Shown: positions 1-9,671 of the stretch, piece by piece | How positions within the stretch are numbered: the stretch's first letter is position 1 | Layout: every line of letters starts with the position of its first letter | DNA from: a virus | Lineage: Duplodnaviria; Heunggongvirae; Uroviricota; Caudoviricetes | IMG/VR virus record: IMGVR_UViG_2571042390_000001 | Length of the DNA stretch: 64,000 bases | Direction: 5' to 3' (one strand) | Program-made: the position numbers and the translations under genes | The notes under the pieces: generated by a model | Seen by the model: the letters and a program-made list of their open reading frames with translations, nothing else | What the model was told of the DNA's origin: nothing | Databases searched by the model: none

Positions 1-16
1 CGGCAACGGAAGGAGC

Positions 17-2674
17 ATGGGTATCTGGCGTGCCTATGAGCAAGGGCAGGCGGATGAATATCGCCAGTACCTGATCGATCATGCAAAAGAGTTTGGTCTG
101 AATCCTGACGACATTTCACAAATGTCTATGCCCGTATTGGTGCGAGAAAGACTCACAGATGTAGACCGCGCACAATTTGCCCGCGATTCAAACATCAGCG
201 ATCTGCAAGAGATGGCTGCAAGTGAAAAAGCGTATGCGGATGCGCAATTTCTCACTGAGAGCGTCATGGCGCTATTTAATCCTTCAGATGATGGAAATCT
301 ACTGGCGCGGTCCAATGATGCGTTTATTCGTGCGTTTTTGCGCGAAATAGGTGATACGGCGACGGCAGGTTTGCTTACTGCCGATGGGCGTCCAACGAAA
401 CAACTTATCGACCGCATCCAGAATGCAATTTTTGCCAAAGCGTACAAGGATGAAAGGCTTGTTCGGCTGGTGGCGGAAGAGCCAGATCCGGAAATGCGTA
501 ACATTCTTACCGCATTAAATACGGCAGCCAGCGATTTTGCGCAAATGCAGTCGCTTTCAGGTGATGTTCACCATGACACGGTAACCGGACTGGTAGACGG
601 TATAGAGCAATTGAATGGTCTGGATAAACAGGCTATTGCCGCGCTACAGGAAGCAATTAACCTTGTTCGTGAAGCAAAAGATAACGGTCAGGCAGTAGAA
701 GAGGTGATCGCACAGCGTGGATTGTTTGGAGATAGCACTCCGGAAGCAGAAGCGCTTGCTCTGTTTATTGTTGCCAACAACCGAAGCGCTAAGCGAATGG
801 GGGCAGCTTTCAAGAAACTGGCGCAAAAAATTAACGATGAACTTATTCACCAGCAACAAGCGTTAGGCGATATGTTCGGCGGCGGAGATGTCGATCTGCG
901 TAGCATTTTATCTGCCGTTTCTGATGAAATTGAGGCTGAGTATGGCGAAGGTAAAGGGCTTAATTTCGCCATGTTTGAATCGGTTTCAGGAGAGGTCGAA
1001 CCATACATTTCAAAGCTAATTGCTGATGCGACCAGCGTGGAGGACTTGATCCGAATCGTGAAGGTGTCAGAAAAAATTAAGGAGTCCGCAAAAAAAATAA
1101 AGCGCAATGTATTTTTGGAACTTGGTTTTTATATTCGCAATGTCACCGTTAATGAGATTAAGGAGTGGGCTAAACGTTATGGATACAGCGACGCTGTGTT
1201 AACAACGATGTTATTGTCTTATCAACGCAGCAATTTTTATGCTAACGCACTGCGTGACGCGATTGAAAAAGGAGATGAAGCTCCTTCGCTCGCAGATGAA
1301 AGAAATATTGATTGTGATATTGAAACGTTTTGCAACATATCAGAAGAAGGCGTGCCCGCTGAACAATTTATACGTGTTTTACATAATGCAGCAAAACATA
1401 TTCCTGATGACTTTAGTATTGATGAATTGCGCAATGGTTGTCTTGTTTGGTTAGGTAACTATTTAAAATCTCCAGCGTCTATTGCAGAGAAAACAGCTTT
1501 AAGATTTAGAAAGGAAATGAATAAAGCTGGAAGCGCAGAAGAGATGGTGTGCATAATCCAAAATACTTTGAAGTTATTCAAAAAGAGCTTGCATAATATC
1601 GACGATATTATGGCGGCTGGTAGGAAAATAACAGCCAGTGTCGGAGTTAGCTCTGAACTAACGGCAGAGGAGATCGCTGATGCGTATATTGAGACACTTG
1701 TCAGGCTTAAGGAGATAGTGGAATTAGCAGAGCATTCCTCATATTACGGAATCAAGGAGCGTGTTGACTTTACTATAGAACAAATCAATAAAGTTAGGTC
1801 AAATAAGGAAAAACTCACTGACTACCTTGCTGAGGTTTTGCACCAGAATGATCATGGGATTGGATATGATCTGAAAAAAATGCTTGTTTTTAATCTGGAC
1901 ATACCGGAAGACTTGCAAGCAGAACTATATGAAATAGCTTCATTAACACGTGGACAAAAAGCCTATCCTAATGCGCTTGAAAATGTAGTACATAAAAAAG
2001 TCAGAGCCGCATTTGACATGATTCTTGAATCGTCAAATGTGTCACATGACCAGTCTAAGGAATGGAGTCGTGGGATTGCTATTTCTGATGAAGCAGAGCA
2101 GTTAAGTGGTCACGATAATGAAACTTTCTCCCGTAAAGCATACAGTATTCGCGAGACGATTGAAAAAGCCTATATTATTTCAGGAGGGACTTTATCTACA
2201 TTAAAAAATATTAACCACAAGAACAATGTTCGTGCTTTTGCAAGTCGAAATGGGAATATAACAATTGATGCTAATAGTGATCACGAGCGTGTATTATGGC
2301 ATGAAATAGGTCACCATATAGAACATTCAAATCCCCATCTATTGGAGAGGGCCAAAGCCTTCATTAAATCAAAAACTAACGGTAAAGTTTCTTATCATAA
2401 TATTGGTAGCCGTGGCAGTGCTGAGTATTTGGTGCGAACCGACCTAAGTCATGGATATATGTCTAAAATTTATATGGAAAATACGGTAAGTTCTGTCAGC
2501 GGCAGATTTATATCAAAGCCACCTGCATTAAGCAATTGCAGGGCGACTGAGATTTTTTCTATGGCCTTGCAGATGTATGCCGATCCGGAGCAGGCGACTA
2601 ACTCTGTATTAAACAATGACGGCGTGCTGGAATTTTTCTTGGGATGTATGAAGGAGTTGCAAAATGAAGTATAG
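17..2674 (+). CDS. Large hypothetical protein (885 aa) with zincin-like HExxH motif (HEIGHH); possible virion-associated or anti-defense protein
   Basis: Long ORF with AGGAG RBS just upstream of ATG at 17; HEIGHH encoded at about 2300-2317; no other domain recognised. Confidence 0.55.
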   Translation: MGIWRAYEQGQADEYRQYLIDHAKEFGLNPDDISQMSMPVLVRERLTDVDRAQFARDSNISDLQEMAASEKAYADAQFLTESVMALFNPSDDGNLLARSNDAFIRAFLREIGDTATAGLLTADGRPTKQLIDRIQNAIFAKAYKDERLVRLVAEEPDPEMRNILTALNTAASDFAQMQSLSGDVHHDTVTGLVDGIEQLNGLDKQAIAALQEAINLVREAKDNGQAVEEVIAQRGLFGDSTPEAEALALFIVANNRSAKRMGAAFKKLAQKINDELIHQQQALGDMFGGGDVDLRSILSAVSDEIEAEYGEGKGLNFAMFESVSGEVEPYISKLIADATSVEDLIRIVKVSEKIKESAKKIKRNVFLELGFYIRNVTVNEIKEWAKRYGYSDAVLTTMLLSYQRSNFYANALRDAIEKGDEAPSLADERNIDCDIETFCNISEEGVPAEQFIRVLHNAAKHIPDDFSIDELRNGCLVWLGNYLKSPASIAEKTALRFRKEMNKAGSAEEMVCIIQNTLKLFKKSLHNIDDIMAAGRKITASVGVSSELTAEEIADAYIETLVRLKEIVELAEHSSYYGIKERVDFTIEQINKVRSNKEKLTDYLAEVLHQNDHGIGYDLKKMLVFNLDIPEDLQAELYEIASLTRGQKAYPNALENVVHKKVRAAFDMILESSNVSHDQSKEWSRGIAISDEAEQLSGHDNETFSRKAYSIRETIEKAYIISGGTLSTLKNINHKNNVRAFASRNGNITIDANSDHERVLWHEIGHHIEHSNPHLLERAKAFIKSKTNGKVSYHNIGSRGSAEYLVRTDLSHGYMSKIYMENTVSSVSGRFISKPPALSNCRATEIFSMALQMYADPEQATNSVLNNDGVLEFFLGCMKELQNEV

Positions 2675-2957
2675 CATTGTGAGTCCCGCTGGGATTAGAG
2701 GGATTGTTGAATGCTCTGATGACGGCACATTGCGTATATTTGAAGGCGATATTTCGGAAGAAAATATTGCGCAAGATTTACGCTTTATCAACACAAATTC
2801 CGCAATGGGGATCGTGAATACCATTCATGCCGATGGGGTGTTTGTTCTGCGGAGCCTGGAAACTGTTGGCTGGGAGGTTGAGTGGCCAGAGGTGGAAGGA
2901 GATCCTGACGACGAAGACGATACTGGCGAATCATATCAAGACATTGATGTGAATTGA
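2664..2957 (+). CDS. Hypothetical acidic protein (97 aa)
   Basis: Start overlaps end of upstream ORF; acidic C-terminus; followed by terminator. Confidence 0.4.
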   Translation: MKYSIVSPAGIRGIVECSDDGTLRIFEGDISEENIAQDLRFINTNSAMGIVNTIHADGVFVLRSLETVGWEVEWPEVEGDPDDEDDTGESYQDIDVN

Positions 2958-2970
2958 TATGATTGATAAT

Positions 2971-2993
2971 CCCGCCGTCAGGCGGGTTTTTTT
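2971..2993 (+). terminator. Rho-independent terminator
   Basis: cccgcc/ggcggg stem with 4-nt loop followed by T7 run. Confidence 0.7.
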
Positions 2994-3255
2994 AGCGTGG
3001 TGTAAGAATAAATTCAGGATGCTCTCCAGCAAGCAATAACAGGTACTCAAATTCACCAGCCATAAGGCGTCTCGGTTTATTTCTATCTTCTTTGAATTGC
3101 CAAGCCCGGAGTTGATACCCCATTTTGTGGGCTAACTCCGTTTGCGTTAGCCCCATTCGCTGGCGGATTTCAATTATAGTTTCCGGGGTGTTTGGTGGGA
3201 GTTGTTTCACAATATGCCCTTTGCCAATGCTGTGATTCGCAACGAAGTATATCAT
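2992..3255 (-). CDS. HTH (XRE-like) DNA-binding protein
   Basis: IRQRMGLTQTELAHKMG helix-turn-helix signature. Confidence 0.5.
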   Translation of the reverse strand: MIYFVANHSIGKGHIVKQLPPNTPETIIEIRQRMGLTQTELAHKMGYQLRAWQFKEDRNKPRRLMAGEFEYLLLLAGEHPEFILTPR

Positions 3256-3267
3256 CGTTGAATCGAT

Positions 3268-3570
3268 TCACAGAGCTGCGCCGAATAGACCGCAGCATGG
3301 CATCCCTTCATCACAGTACCTGGCCCATTCTTTTTGGCATTCTTCTGTTTGCGCGTATTGGCTTAACGCGTCATCCAGCATATCCCAGGCCTTATAGGAA
3401 TCCTCTGCAACGCTAAACAAAGTCCTGCCTTCCCGGCTTAGAATTTGCAGATTGTAAATGTTTTCATTGCTCAGACATGCGCGGCTGATATGCATGTAAA
3501 CCGACCATGCAGGAACTCGATTTTTGATAGCAAGTTGGTGTAATTTGGAATTAATTAAAGAGCTTTTCAT
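3268..3570 (-). CDS. Hypothetical protein (about 100 aa)
   Basis: GGAG RBS 7 nt upstream of the ATG encoding MKSSLINSK; track ORF extends further to 3621. Confidence 0.4.
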   Translation of the reverse strand: MKSSLINSKLHQLAIKNRVPAWSVYMHISRACLSNENIYNLQILSREGRTLFSVAEDSYKAWDMLDDALSQYAQTEECQKEWARYCDEGMPCCGLFGAAL

Positions 3571-3753
3571 GGGATTTCTCCGCAGCAAAGTGGTCAACTT
3601 TTTCAATCTTAATGCGCACAATGTGCATATTCAAGTTTTATTCTTCACTTTGTTACGAGAGGGGCCAGCCAATATTTCTAGTTGAAAAGATCCATCATCA
3701 AAAATCACATACTGATTATGCTGCCGCAAACTGAAAACATTTCGCGGTGACTC

Positions 3754-5436
3754 ATGGCAACGAAAGACAAAAACAAAGGCTTTCTGTCGGCATTGAAGAA
3801 AGCCTTCAACAGTGGCGATGTCACGCCTGCCGATCCGGTCGTTTTTACGAGCGGTCATAGTGTCGTTGCGCGTTCTGGTCTGTCCGCTTTACGTCCGGGG
3901 ATACTGGGTGGCAATAGCGATGGCATGACAAGCGCGGCAGATACAGTATCAATTTCGGCAGAACTGCCCGGCGACCGCCTGCAAAAGTACAACATCCTGG
4001 AAACGATGGCTAAAAGCCCGACTATCTCGACGGCTTTAAATATTCACATTGCACATGCGCTTGCGCCTTCAAAAAAAACCGGACAAGCATTCATCCTTTC
4101 GCCAAAGGATGGTTCCGATGCCGAGGCAGTAAGTAGATGTGAAGAGTTAACCGCTGATTTGGGGACGATGATTAATGACGGACTTCCTTCATGGGCCATG
4201 ATTATGGCGATCTTTGGGGTGTCTTATGTCCGACCTTATGCTGAACAGGGCAGGGGGATAACAGGCATTGAGTCCAGTTATTACACTCTGCCACACTTCG
4301 TCCAGGAGTTTTATCGTGGTAGCCAGCTGGTAGGTTTCAGTGGTGATTACATTCTGGATACGCATAGTTTGCGCAGAGTAATAACCGAACCGTGGAATCT
4401 GGTTTCCATGAAAAATCCCTATTGGACGCCACAGCATAAAGTTATTCCGGTTAGCTACGGCACAAAAGGGTACTCACTGTTAAGTGATCAGGCTGATAAG
4501 CCGTTAATGGAGACGCAGAATTACGGAACTTCATTCCTGGAATACAGCTATGAACCTTACCTTAATTTATGTGCTTCGCTCGCCGCGCTGAAATCAACGC
4601 GAAATAATGCAGCCAAAATTGACCGCCTGATTGCTCTTACGACGAACACACTGGACCCGGTTAATGCGGCGAACTATACGCGTGGCGTCAGCCAGGCATT
4701 GAAGCGTCATAGTGACCTGGTGGCGCAAAGGTCGATTAATGCCAACGCTATTCCGACTGTGCTTAACCATCTGATACCTGTTATGGGAGACGGGAAGAAC
4801 GGCATCACCATTGATACGCAATCCATACCCGCAGATATCAGTGGTATCGAAGACGTTATGTTTCACCTCCGGCAGCTTGCTGCAAGCCTCGGCATTGACG
4901 CAACAATGCTTGGCTGGGCTGATCAGATGAGCGGAGGGCTTGGAGAAGGCGGCTGGCAGCAAACTGCTATCCAGGCTGCATTGCGTGCGAACTGGATCAG
5001 ACAGGCCGCCCAGCGAACTATTTATCGGCTTCTGGACATTCACCTCGCTTATAAATACGGCAAGGTTTACACCGAAACAAACCGCCCTTATGACGTGCAA
5101 TTCAACTCAATGAACACAGCTATCCAGGAAGAGGAAAACCGAGAACTGGATGCACGCGCCAACTTTGTTGCTGTCATCTCCCAAATTATGGACCAGATCC
5201 AGAACAACCCGAAACTGGCTGGTAGCGACGCGTTTATGCGTTATCTGTTCACTGAGCAGTTGCACATCGACGATGACACTCTCAACACCATGATCAAAGA
5301 GTTTAAGGCGAATGAATCAGAGCAAAACAACGAGCATGGTATGTACGAATCCGCGCCGTTGTCGTCCGGTGACGATCCGGAAAACTGGACGCCAGAACAG
5401 TTAATAAACTTTGCAAAATTTGTGATGAGCAATTAA
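3754..5436 (+). CDS. Hypothetical protein (560 aa); possibly a virion morphogenesis protein (portal-like by size and context only)
   Basis: Long ORF followed 13 bp later by a coiled-coil ORF; no diagnostic motif seen. Confidence 0.5.
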   Translation: MATKDKNKGFLSALKKAFNSGDVTPADPVVFTSGHSVVARSGLSALRPGILGGNSDGMTSAADTVSISAELPGDRLQKYNILETMAKSPTISTALNIHIAHALAPSKKTGQAFILSPKDGSDAEAVSRCEELTADLGTMINDGLPSWAMIMAIFGVSYVRPYAEQGRGITGIESSYYTLPHFVQEFYRGSQLVGFSGDYILDTHSLRRVITEPWNLVSMKNPYWTPQHKVIPVSYGTKGYSLLSDQADKPLMETQNYGTSFLEYSYEPYLNLCASLAALKSTRNNAAKIDRLIALTTNTLDPVNAANYTRGVSQALKRHSDLVAQRSINANAIPTVLNHLIPVMGDGKNGITIDTQSIPADISGIEDVMFHLRQLAASLGIDATMLGWADQMSGGLGEGGWQQTAIQAALRANWIRQAAQRTIYRLLDIHLAYKYGKVYTETNRPYDVQFNSMNTAIQEEENRELDARANFVAVISQIMDQIQNNPKLAGSDAFMRYLFTEQLHIDDDTLNTMIKEFKANESEQNNEHGMYESAPLSSGDDPENWTPEQLINFAKFVMSN

Positions 5437-5449
5437 CCGGAGGGAAATA

Positions 5450-6448
5450 ATGCAATCACTGAATACTGTTACGGATCGCTTCTCCCTGGTAGAGAAAATC
5501 CGCAAACACACACCGCAGAACAACCGAAATTACGTCATTCAGTCGGTACGAGACACATTCAACTCGCCAGAAACAAAAGAGCGTATCGCGCTGGGTGAGA
5601 TGTATGGTTATTACGGTCATGGTCGCCGGGCGATGCACTATAACAAAACGAAAAGCCTGAACTTGCCGGAAGTCTCTGTTGTGATGGTAGATGGGAAGCC
5701 TGTTGTATTGGAGAACGTGCCGTCAAACAGGACTATCGACATTTCGATTGACGACAACGGCATTGTTACTCATACGCAGGAAATACTGGATACAGACACC
5801 GGGCGTATTGTTCAGGGCATGATTAATTCTGGTGCTGGTGGTTGGTCGTGGGCTACATCTGGTCCAGATTCATCGGTATCCCTGGTAAAGTCTTTCCACG
5901 GCTTTGATTACGTAACTGTGCCTAACTATATCAGCCTCGACAAGAAAAGCCTGATGCTTGAATCAGCAGAAGAGCGCGATGCGGCTATTCATGCAGCACT
6001 TATCGAACAAGGTTTTACCGATAACGCTGCTACGGATCTGGTTCACCACTTTTCAGCAATGAAAAATCAGCAAGCCATGCTCGAATCTGCACATCGTGAA
6101 GCCCTGGAATCAGAATTGATGCTCCTTGAAGTGGAAAACATACAGCTTCGAGATAAGCTGCGCGCTCAAACAGCGATGATGGAAAGCCAGGGGGAAAATG
6201 CAAAGCAATACCGCCGGATTTTGCGTGAAGCTATCCAGGAAATGCCTGTTTTTATCAGCGCAGAACAGCGCCGGGCGCTCTGCCGTATGCAGTCTGAAGA
6301 TGATGCCCGCATAGTGGCTGCGATGCTTGAATCTCTTGGGGCAAATGCTACTTATGGCTTACCGGTATCAGGCAAGAAAGAACCAGAGTTATCACCGAAG
6401 GAGAACAAAAACACTACCCCGTTACTCTTCGTTTCCAGAAGGGGGTAA
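5450..6448 (+). CDS. Hypothetical protein with C-terminal coiled coil (possible scaffold or head-processing role)
   Basis: Heptad-like region LMLLEVENIQLRDKLRAQTAMMESQ; tight linkage to upstream ORF. Confidence 0.45.
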   Translation: MQSLNTVTDRFSLVEKIRKHTPQNNRNYVIQSVRDTFNSPETKERIALGEMYGYYGHGRRAMHYNKTKSLNLPEVSVVMVDGKPVVLENVPSNRTIDISIDDNGIVTHTQEILDTDTGRIVQGMINSGAGGWSWATSGPDSSVSLVKSFHGFDYVTVPNYISLDKKSLMLESAEERDAAIHAALIEQGFTDNAATDLVHHFSAMKNQQAMLESAHREALESELMLLEVENIQLRDKLRAQTAMMESQGENAKQYRRILREAIQEMPVFISAEQRRALCRMQSEDDARIVAAMLESLGANATYGLPVSGKKEPELSPKENKNTTPLLFVSRRG

Positions 6449-6466
6449 TCGCCTTGTTAAGTTAAA

Positions 6467-6475
6467 TTTCTAACA
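6467..6475. promoter_or_regulatory. Operator-like motif TTTCTAACA (candidate C1-type repressor site)
   Basis: One of about 15 intergenic copies of the same core; upstream of ORF 6649. Confidence 0.45.
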
Positions 6476-6562
6476 TAGTGTATTTATATACACTGTTGAT
6501 CCTGGTGGATGGGATCGAGTAGGATCGCGGTCACTGCTCCGGTAGCGACTGCCAAAAAAGCA

Positions 6563-6590
6563 AAAGCCGCTTCTCAGCGGCTTTTTGGGT
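6563..6590 (+). terminator. Rho-independent terminator (possibly bidirectional)
   Basis: aaagccgc/gcggcttt stem flanked by an A-run and a T-run. Confidence 0.6.
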
Positions 6591-6648
6591 GTATAAATCC
6601 ACTGCCATAGATTTATACGGTAGATAGATTTTTTCACGGAACTATCTG

Positions 6649-7611
6649 GTGAGTATTTTAAATTCAGTTTCAGTAACTTTCAACACTTCTGAGTATAAAA
6701 ACAACACTGAATACCACAAAAAAATCAAAGGTCATCAGTTGAGTTTTTTTGCTCGTCATAGCGGTCTTCTTTCCCCTTCACATAGCGCCATTATTGCCGA
6801 GTTCGCCAACCTGGCAGGGTCTACCGATGAATACATGATCCGTCGCTCATATGCTGATATGTCCGAGATTACAGGACGCAGTATTTCTACTGTGCGCCGG
6901 GCATTTGCTGAAGCGACGAAGTGCGGAATGCTTGTTAAGCAACATCAGGTAGCGAATAACAATGCCCAGGTGTGTAACGTATATCGGTTTACGACACAAT
7001 TTCTCCACTTCATTCATGTAGCAATGGAGATAGGGGGTAAGCAGGGCATCAAATTTGCCAACGCCACAAAACTGGTTAAGCAGTTGATTTCAAAGGTTCG
7101 TTATTTTTTTGAAACTGGGAACCCCCTGTTCAAATTGAACAAGTCCCCCCATGTTCAAAATGAACAGCCAATAGAAAATAAGAGTCACTCTATAGCCAAA
7201 AGAAGAGAAAGATCATGCGCGGTTCAGCCAAAGGCTTCACCTGCAGATAGTTCTCAAACGGATAACGGGGTACTGGATAAAAAACCAGTAATCAGGGAAG
7301 AACATACCAACCACTGCCTGGCGGCGGCAAAAGCGAGAGCTGCAAAGCGTCGTTCAGACGAGGGGCACGCAAAACGGCAGGCTCTGTATCGTACCGCTGA
7401 AAATCTGGCAAAAAAATTTGCATGGATACGTAGTGCCGCTACCGCAGTGAATAAGCCTAAACAATCCAGTGCCCTAGATTTCTCAATGGATTATTCTGGC
7501 TCCCAGGGGTGTGCAACCATTGGTGAAGCCTTTGACCTGATGAAACAGCGTGGCTATCGGTCTGAATTTGACCGTGAGGATTGGTCAATCCCTGCGGGAT
7601 TTAGGGGATGA
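6649..7611 (+). CDS. Putative DNA-binding protein (320 aa)
   Basis: HTH-like segment RSISTVRRAFAEATKCGMLV; operator-like motif upstream. Confidence 0.45.
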   Translation: MSILNSVSVTFNTSEYKNNTEYHKKIKGHQLSFFARHSGLLSPSHSAIIAEFANLAGSTDEYMIRRSYADMSEITGRSISTVRRAFAEATKCGMLVKQHQVANNNAQVCNVYRFTTQFLHFIHVAMEIGGKQGIKFANATKLVKQLISKVRYFFETGNPLFKLNKSPHVQNEQPIENKSHSIAKRRERSCAVQPKASPADSSQTDNGVLDKKPVIREEHTNHCLAAAKARAAKRRSDEGHAKRQALYRTAENLAKKFAWIRSAATAVNKPKQSSALDFSMDYSGSQGCATIGEAFDLMKQRGYRSEFDREDWSIPAGFRG

Positions 7612-7665
7612 CCTGTGTGTCTACAAAACATCCCAATGATCGGAAAATGCTCGGCCGATTATTTA

Positions 7666-7674
7666 TGTTAGAAA
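7666..7674. promoter_or_regulatory. Operator-like motif (TGTTAGAAA, reverse orientation) upstream of immI-like module 1
   Basis: Core motif plus variant TTTCTAAAA at about 7687-7696. Confidence 0.45.
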
Positions 7675-7899
7675 ATTAATTTGCTGTTTCTAAAACGGAA
7701 TGTATGATCTGCATCATCGACTGAAGTCATCCATTGCTGAAATTTTTAGTTGATCTTCCATGTTTTCAGGCTTATATTCATGCCGTCGTAGCAAATTCTG
7801 CGACCGGGTTTGACAGCCTGAATGTTAGTGCGGACAACCGCAGATTTCCGATATTGCGGTATTTTTGTGTCCGTAAACCGCGTTACGCCCGAATTATGG

Positions 7900-8000
7900 T
7901 GGGGCGTGATGGGGAGGCTTCGGCCTGCTGGTTTCACTAACGCCAGTCTGTCAACCCTGTCACGTCCTGCCACCTGTTTGACAGCGGGTGGCAGGTTGTT
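7900..8000 (+). ncRNA. Candidate c4-like antisense regulatory RNA (immI type), copy 1
   Basis: Non-coding region before icd-like gene; hairpin about 7966-7995; segments about 7921-7926 and 7935-7941 complementary to RBS region about 8007-8019. Confidence 0.35.
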
Positions 8001-8024
8001 AAACCTGTTAGTGAGGCCGTAACT

Positions 8025-8249
8025 ATGGTTAATGCCAATCCTTGCTCACGTCCAGAATTCATCTGGCGTTTCCACTCCCTGCAAAAACGCTGCGATCACT
8101 TCGCAATTGCCGCAACCGAAAAAGAAGCCCGTTCTCTGATCCCTGATCAGCATGGTGTTCTTACTGGTCGTTTCTCTACTTCCCCACAACCAAACACTAA
8201 TCCCTGGTATCGCAATATTACCAATCCCGGCATTGCGGAGGCTCACTGA
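8025..8249 (+). CDS. Icd-like small protein (host cell-division inhibitor Icd-like family)
   Basis: EFIWRF motif; stop overlaps start of the Rha/Ant-like gene; paralog at 48299. Confidence 0.55.
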   Translation: MVNANPCSRPEFIWRFHSLQKRCDHFAIAATEKEARSLIPDQHGVLTGRFSTSPQPNTNPWYRNITNPGIAEAH

Positions 8250-8956
8250 TGGGTATCTGCATTCTCGAAAAACTATCAATGACCAGCATTGAGATTGCGG
8301 AGCTGGTGGGAAGCCAACACTCTGACGTTAAACGTAGTATTGAGCGTATGGTTGCTCGAAGCATTATCCGAAAACCGCCAATGGCTGTTTTCGAAAAAAT
8401 CAATAACTTAGGATTGCGTCGTGGCGTTGAGGCTTACGTCTTCGAAGGCGAGCAAGGCAAACGAGACAGCATCATTGTCGTCGCGCAGCTCTCTCCCGAA
8501 TTCACCGCCCGGCTGGTGGACCGCTGGCGCGAACTGGAAGAACAAGTACGCCAGCCGTTGACCGAAATAGAGATGATCGCTGCAATGGCTGCGAATGCAG
8601 TTCAGCAGCAAAAGCTGATTCATGCTGTTGAGTCAAAGGTTAGCCAGGTCGCTGAAACCGTCGAGCAAATAAAGAAAGGCAATATTCCGGAAGGCTACAT
8701 TGGCTACCGCCAGTTGGCGGCGAAATGCGGCCTGACTGAAGCCAAATGCCGAAACCTTGTCAACGCTTACCGGATTCCCACCGATACACATGAGTTTTTG
8801 ACTCCAGAGGGGGTATTGTCGCGTCGTTCCATCGTGGCCTTATCTCCCTTCATGAATGCTTTTAACCGGATGATGTCGGAGGCTGAACACCGAGGAAAAC
8901 GCTGGTATCACCCCAAAATGGGGCAATTCCAGGTGATCGGTTGGGGAGGTGAGTGA
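8249..8956 (+). CDS. Rha-family phage regulatory / antirepressor-like protein
   Basis: N-terminal TSIEIAELVGSQHSDVKRSIERMVA Rha-type signature; occupies the ant position of an immI-like module. Confidence 0.6.
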   Translation: MGICILEKLSMTSIEIAELVGSQHSDVKRSIERMVARSIIRKPPMAVFEKINNLGLRRGVEAYVFEGEQGKRDSIIVVAQLSPEFTARLVDRWRELEEQVRQPLTEIEMIAAMAANAVQQQKLIHAVESKVSQVAETVEQIKKGNIPEGYIGYRQLAAKCGLTEAKCRNLVNAYRIPTDTHEFLTPEGVLSRRSIVALSPFMNAFNRMMSEAEHRGKRWYHPKMGQFQVIGWGGE

Positions 8957-9153
8957 TGGACATCATGCAGGCGGTAAAAAAAATCAGGGAAGGACAGGCT
9001 GAAGTGTGCCGCCGTAAAGCATGGAGTGTTGGTGTATGGGCCTGGCCTGATAATTACTCTACTACCGGATGGTTTTGTATTAATGGACTCCAGATCCGGG
9101 AAGTTGATTTATCGACGGCTGATATAGTCGGTAATGATTGGATCGTGACTTGA
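8953..9153 (+). CDS. Small DUF2829 (Tad2-family)-like protein
   Basis: AVKKIREGQAEVCRRKAW and C-terminal ADIVGNDWIVT signature; 4-nt overlap with Rha gene; same domain is fused to Rha in 48514..49455. Confidence 0.5.
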   Translation: MMDIMQAVKKIREGQAEVCRRKAWSVGVWAWPDNYSTTGWFCINGLQIREVDLSTADIVGNDWIVT

Positions 9154-9162
9154 AGCGTGATG

Positions 9163-9186
9163 CCCCGGCCTGGCCGGGGCTTTTTT
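9163..9186 (+). terminator. Rho-independent terminator
   Basis: ccccggcc/ggccgggg stem followed by T6. Confidence 0.65.
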
Positions 9187-9671
9187 CATGCCTCATTAGT
9201 TGAGGTTGCTGCGTCTCCGACTGGTAACAGGGCGGTATTGCGTGGTTCGCCAGCAGGCCAGCGATAGCCAGACACTCTTGATGTTGGGAATGCGCGAATA
9301 TTAACCGCATCCCCCTGGTTCCCACCCAGGACAAGCAGATCGCCATTGGCGCGGCGTCCGACAACGAAGCCTACGTGCCCACCGCCTACGCGGGTAAATA
9401 CAACGATACATCCGTATGCCGGTGTATCTAATTTCTCGCCCCAATCCAGATAGGATTTTGCCGACTCAAATCTTGTTGAGCGAATGCCTACACGTTCCAG
9501 CATTGCACCGACAAATGCTGCGCACCACGGCGTTTCATCGTCTTTAATTCCGCCGCGCTTGATGTCGCGCCAGAACTGAACGATTTCAGGGTTGTGTTTA
9601 GCGCCTTTTATTTCAGTCAAGCCAATGTGCTTACGGGCTTCAATTAGCCAGCGAGGTTCAATGTTTGCCAT
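9186..9671 (-). CDS. NlpC/P60-like (TIGR02594-type) putative peptidoglycan hydrolase
   Basis: Candidate catalytic Cys (PWCAAFV) and His (GGHVGFVVG) motifs. Confidence 0.5.
   Translation of the reverse strand: MANIEPRWLIEARKHIGLTEIKGAKHNPEIVQFWRDIKRGGIKDDETPWCAAFVGAMLERVGIRSTRFESAKSYLDWGEKLDTPAYGCIVVFTRVGGGHVGFVVGRRANGDLLVLGGNQGDAVNIRAFPTSRVSGYRWPAGEPRNTALLPVGDAATSTNEA

Noticed and set aside
3571-3621. N-terminal 17-codon extension of ORF 3268..3621
   Set aside because: A GGAG RBS is correctly spaced before the internal ATG (MKSSLINSK), so the upstream extension is probably not translated.
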